Assembly: GCA_043732185.1 (NCBI GenBank) | Contig: JAYTHY010000026.1 | Coordinates: forward strand, 1-40,031 | Length of the DNA: 40,031 bases | Origin: Fibrobacteria bacterium | Lineage (GTDB): Bacteria > Fibrobacterota > Fibrobacteria > UBA11236 | Direction: 5' to 3' | Shown here: positions 37,763 to 40,031 of the stretch, in pieces | Layout: each line of letters starts with the position of its first letter | How positions within the stretch are numbered: the stretch's first letter is position 1 | Notes under the pieces: model-generated | The model's input: the letters and a program-made list of their open reading frames with translations, nothing else | Databases searched by the model: none | What the model was told of the DNA's origin: nothing | Position numbers and translations under genes: made by a program

Positions 37763-37980
37763 GTAATGCTTGTGTTTTTTATAAAAGAGCGAAGGTAAAT
37801 GGAAGTCCTTTTCCAAGGTATCCGCCCATTCCTGGGGCTCCTCACTCCACTCCAAATTCACTTCTTCCTTAAGTTACAATGGTGAACCTTCGGACATTGA
37901 AGCAATCGGGCAGACGCTTTCACTGCCAAAGGTTCGCCTTATCAACGCGGCAGTGTCGTTCATTCCACGAAATATATTTT

Positions 37981-39597
37981 CTAAAAAGGCGCCAACGCGG
38001 TTGTAAAAGTACCCTGGCGAGTTGTCACGACCAAGTATTGCAATCCGGTTCCGGTAAAAGGGACGGTGTGGGTCTTTACTCCCTCGGAGCTAATACCGTA
38101 GACCGTTTTGCCGTTTAGGTCCACCACCCGAATAGAGTGCGGGCCGGGCGCCCAAATGGACACAGAATGCGAAGCCACTTTTAACCAATCGGTTTTGTTG
38201 GCATGGCTCGTCAATTCGGTAACGGGTACTTCCAACTTAAGCGACGCATCTTGGCAGGCTCCTTTATATCGGATCACATCAATAGTGCCGCTGCCTTGGT
38301 TTACAACATAAAGGGCACCCTCAGGCCCCTGTTTAAGGTCGGTAAGCTGTCCGGTTGCAAAGGCCGAAAACAGAGCGATATTTGCGGTAACGGCATCGCC
38401 AGCAGCGTTAAGCGTTAGAAGATGAAATCCATTGACCTGGTTACAATCTGCGATTATCCATTTCCGATCCATCTGGGGAGGAAACTGACTTGGGGATGTA
38501 CTGTTGTCTCCATTATAACGGAAGATTGGGCCAGCCATGGCGCAAGATTGCTTCTTGGCGTAAATTGGATCCTTTACAGCCGGAAGGCTCTTGATTCCCG
38601 TCAATCCAGCAAAATTATTGACAGGGGCAGTTTTGACAATTCCTGTTGGCACAGCGGGCATTCCGACATTTCCATAGGGAACCACCCCACCCATGGATTG
38701 TGAGCCGGCGAAATAAGGCCAGCCCATATAATCCGGGGCCTTTTCCAGATTGTATTCTTCGGACACAGCCCCTTGATCCGGACCAACATCCCCCCATACA
38801 GCCCAGCGCCTGACCGGATCCAGGTTAAGCGTATAGGCATTACGGGTTCCTTTGATATAAATCTCAGGAAGGGCTTTGAGCGTATCGGCGTATTGGGCTG
38901 ACAAGGTCGGGTTGCTGGTAGCATATCGCTCGGCCATGGTCGCTCCAAAGTTGCCAGTAGGGATGCTATAGCCTTTGGGGGATTTGTCCGGGTGGATGCG
39001 AATTATCCCCCCGCGCATATCCGCCGTATTGGCCGGACCCCTCTCCTGCTCTTCATTATCCCCGATGGTCACCCACAAGTCGCCATAAGCATCAAAAACC
39101 ATGGCTCCGGCAGTATGCCACCGACCCCGAACACTGTTGATTTTGATGAGAATCTTTTCAGATGTCAAATCCAATTTGCCCGTTCCATTCAGCATGAAAC
39201 GTGAAATACGGAAGGTAGATTCCGTCCCCCCGCTAAAGGAATACATGAGAAATAGTGTCTTACTCGTTTTAAACCCAGGATCCAAGGCGATTCCAACCAA
39301 TCCGTCTTCATTTCCTGTCGCCACAGGTAAGTAGCCCAAAGTGGTTACCAGTCCAGTGCTGGCCGTTCGCATTTTAAGCACCCCACCTTTTTCCACAAAA
39401 TACAGGTCCACGGCATTATTGGGTTGCAGGTCAAAAGCCACCTTTAAGGGTTGGGCAGAACCGGTTACCAATTTGGTATAAGTAAAATCCGTATCAGTGG
39501 CCGAGCAGCCTTTGTAGGTACCCAAATCCACCTGACTCCAAACGGTACCTGTTAAAAACAAAATTAAAAGTCTTGTATAGACCAGCTTGTTCCGCAT
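37981..39597 (-). CDS. Secreted PQQ-dependent glucose/sorbosone dehydrogenase-family beta-propeller protein with a C-terminal secretion-like tail
   Basis: RBS GAAGGA and signal peptide. EDGLVGIALDPGF, HTAGAMVFD..GDLWVTIGDN, GTRNAY, GDVGPD, YMGWPYF, DLKQGPEGALYV. Tail VVDLNGKTV...GLQYLVV. Confidence 0.88.
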   Translation of the reverse strand: MRNKLVYTRLLILFLTGTVWSQVDLGTYKGCSATDTDFTYTKLVTGSAQPLKVAFDLQPNNAVDLYFVEKGGVLKMRTASTGLVTTLGYLPVATGNEDGLVGIALDPGFKTSKTLFLMYSFSGGTESTFRISRFMLNGTGKLDLTSEKILIKINSVRGRWHTAGAMVFDAYGDLWVTIGDNEEQERGPANTADMRGGIIRIHPDKSPKGYSIPTGNFGATMAERYATSNPTLSAQYADTLKALPEIYIKGTRNAYTLNLDPVRRWAVWGDVGPDQGAVSEEYNLEKAPDYMGWPYFAGSQSMGGVVPYGNVGMPAVPTGIVKTAPVNNFAGLTGIKSLPAVKDPIYAKKQSCAMAGPIFRYNGDNSTSPSQFPPQMDRKWIIADCNQVNGFHLLTLNAAGDAVTANIALFSAFATGQLTDLKQGPEGALYVVNQGSGTIDVIRYKGACQDASLKLEVPVTELTSHANKTDWLKVASHSVSIWAPGPHSIRVVDLNGKTVYGISSEGVKTHTVPFTGTGLQYLVVTTRQGTFTTALAPF

Positions 39598-39668
39598 TTT
39601 ATTTCCTTCGTGGTTTCTGGATGAAATTAATTTAGATGGGATATCGGGATAAGGTATTTCTGCTCGAT

Positions 39669-39860
39669 AGATCCTGCGCGATTTGCTTTGATTCCAACAT
39701 ATTAAGGACTTATCTCAAATGAAACTGTTTTGGTCGCCGAATACCGTAACCAAATCACCAGCTTTCGTGTTCCATCCGGATCTATCACCACTCCCCTACG
39801 AAAATCTGGCCCCGGCGTCACTGGAGCCCCGTCTATTTTAAGGGAGACATTCGCACCTCC
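39669..39860. repeat. Direct repeat copy 2 (192 bp): vestigial mfd 3' end plus the intact 3' end of the convergent gene
   Basis: Begins AGATCCTGCGCGATTTGCTTTGA (ILRDLL*, as at the mfd end) and matches 35800-35991. Confidence 0.95.
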
Positions 39861-40031
39861 GTTGCCCCATTTTTTTATTGTGAAAGCCGGGTTTACAATC
39901 GGGCTGCTGCTGGAAGCGGCTAATGTAAAACGTACGGTGTCGGCCGATTTATTCATTTTCCAGGCGCGTTCTCTTTTTTCATATACCAGACTATCGCATC
40001 CTTGCACGTTAGTTGCCGGCGGCGTATAGTT
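39702..40031 (-). CDS. Hypothetical protein, C-terminal part (5'-truncated by the window edge)
   Basis: Frame is open to the window end (NYTPPATNVQG...). Beta-rich C-terminus NPAFTIKKWG...LVIWL. Confidence 0.7.
   Translation of the reverse strand, partial: NYTPPATNVQGCDSLVYEKRERAWKMNKSADTVRFTLAASSSSPIVNPAFTIKKWGNGGANVSLKIDGAPVTPGPDFRRGVVIDPDGTRKLVIWLRYSATKTVSFEISP

Noticed and set aside
37879..38118. 79-aa + strand ORF
   Set aside because: Overlaps the dehydrogenase 3' end antisense, with no RBS or motif.
1..40031. CRISPR arrays, tRNA/rRNA, transposases, integrases, defence genes
   Set aside because: No regularly spaced repeats, RNA gene signatures or mobile-element/defence motifs were recognised by eye.

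Overview
Bacterial chromosomal window. The secreted proteins with C-terminal sorting-like tails and the PKD/Ig lipoproteins suggest an FCB-group organism, probably Fibrobacterota (inference only). In order, it contains: a 5'-truncated secreted sulfatase; a triheme CxxCH/CX4CH lipoprotein cytochrome downstream of mutL; a sulfur operon (Rrf2/CymR-like regulator, APS reductase, cysK, MoeB/ThiF); a PAS hybrid kinase, TauE and DJ-1; a long co-oriented run (hslO, pseudo-receiver/HATPase, dnaX, ybaB, ccsA/hemX-like, hemA, hemC, hemD, hemL); two tandem copies of an uncharacterised 'helical partner + surface lipoprotein' cassette; exported msrAB; a PA14/SGNH esterase divergent from an acyltransferase-3; mfd; and a ~3.7 kb segment (hybrid kinase plus PQQ/GSDH-type dehydrogenase) bracketed by a 192-bp, ~89% identical direct repeat of the mfd/next-gene junction. 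The highlights are the duplicated partner/lipoprotein cassette (candidate new surface-display system), the integrase-less direct-repeat-flanked insertion, an A10 slippage site in dnaX with early stops in both alternative frames, and a MutL with degenerate endonuclease motifs. No tRNA, rRNA, CRISPR array, transposase or integrase was recognised.
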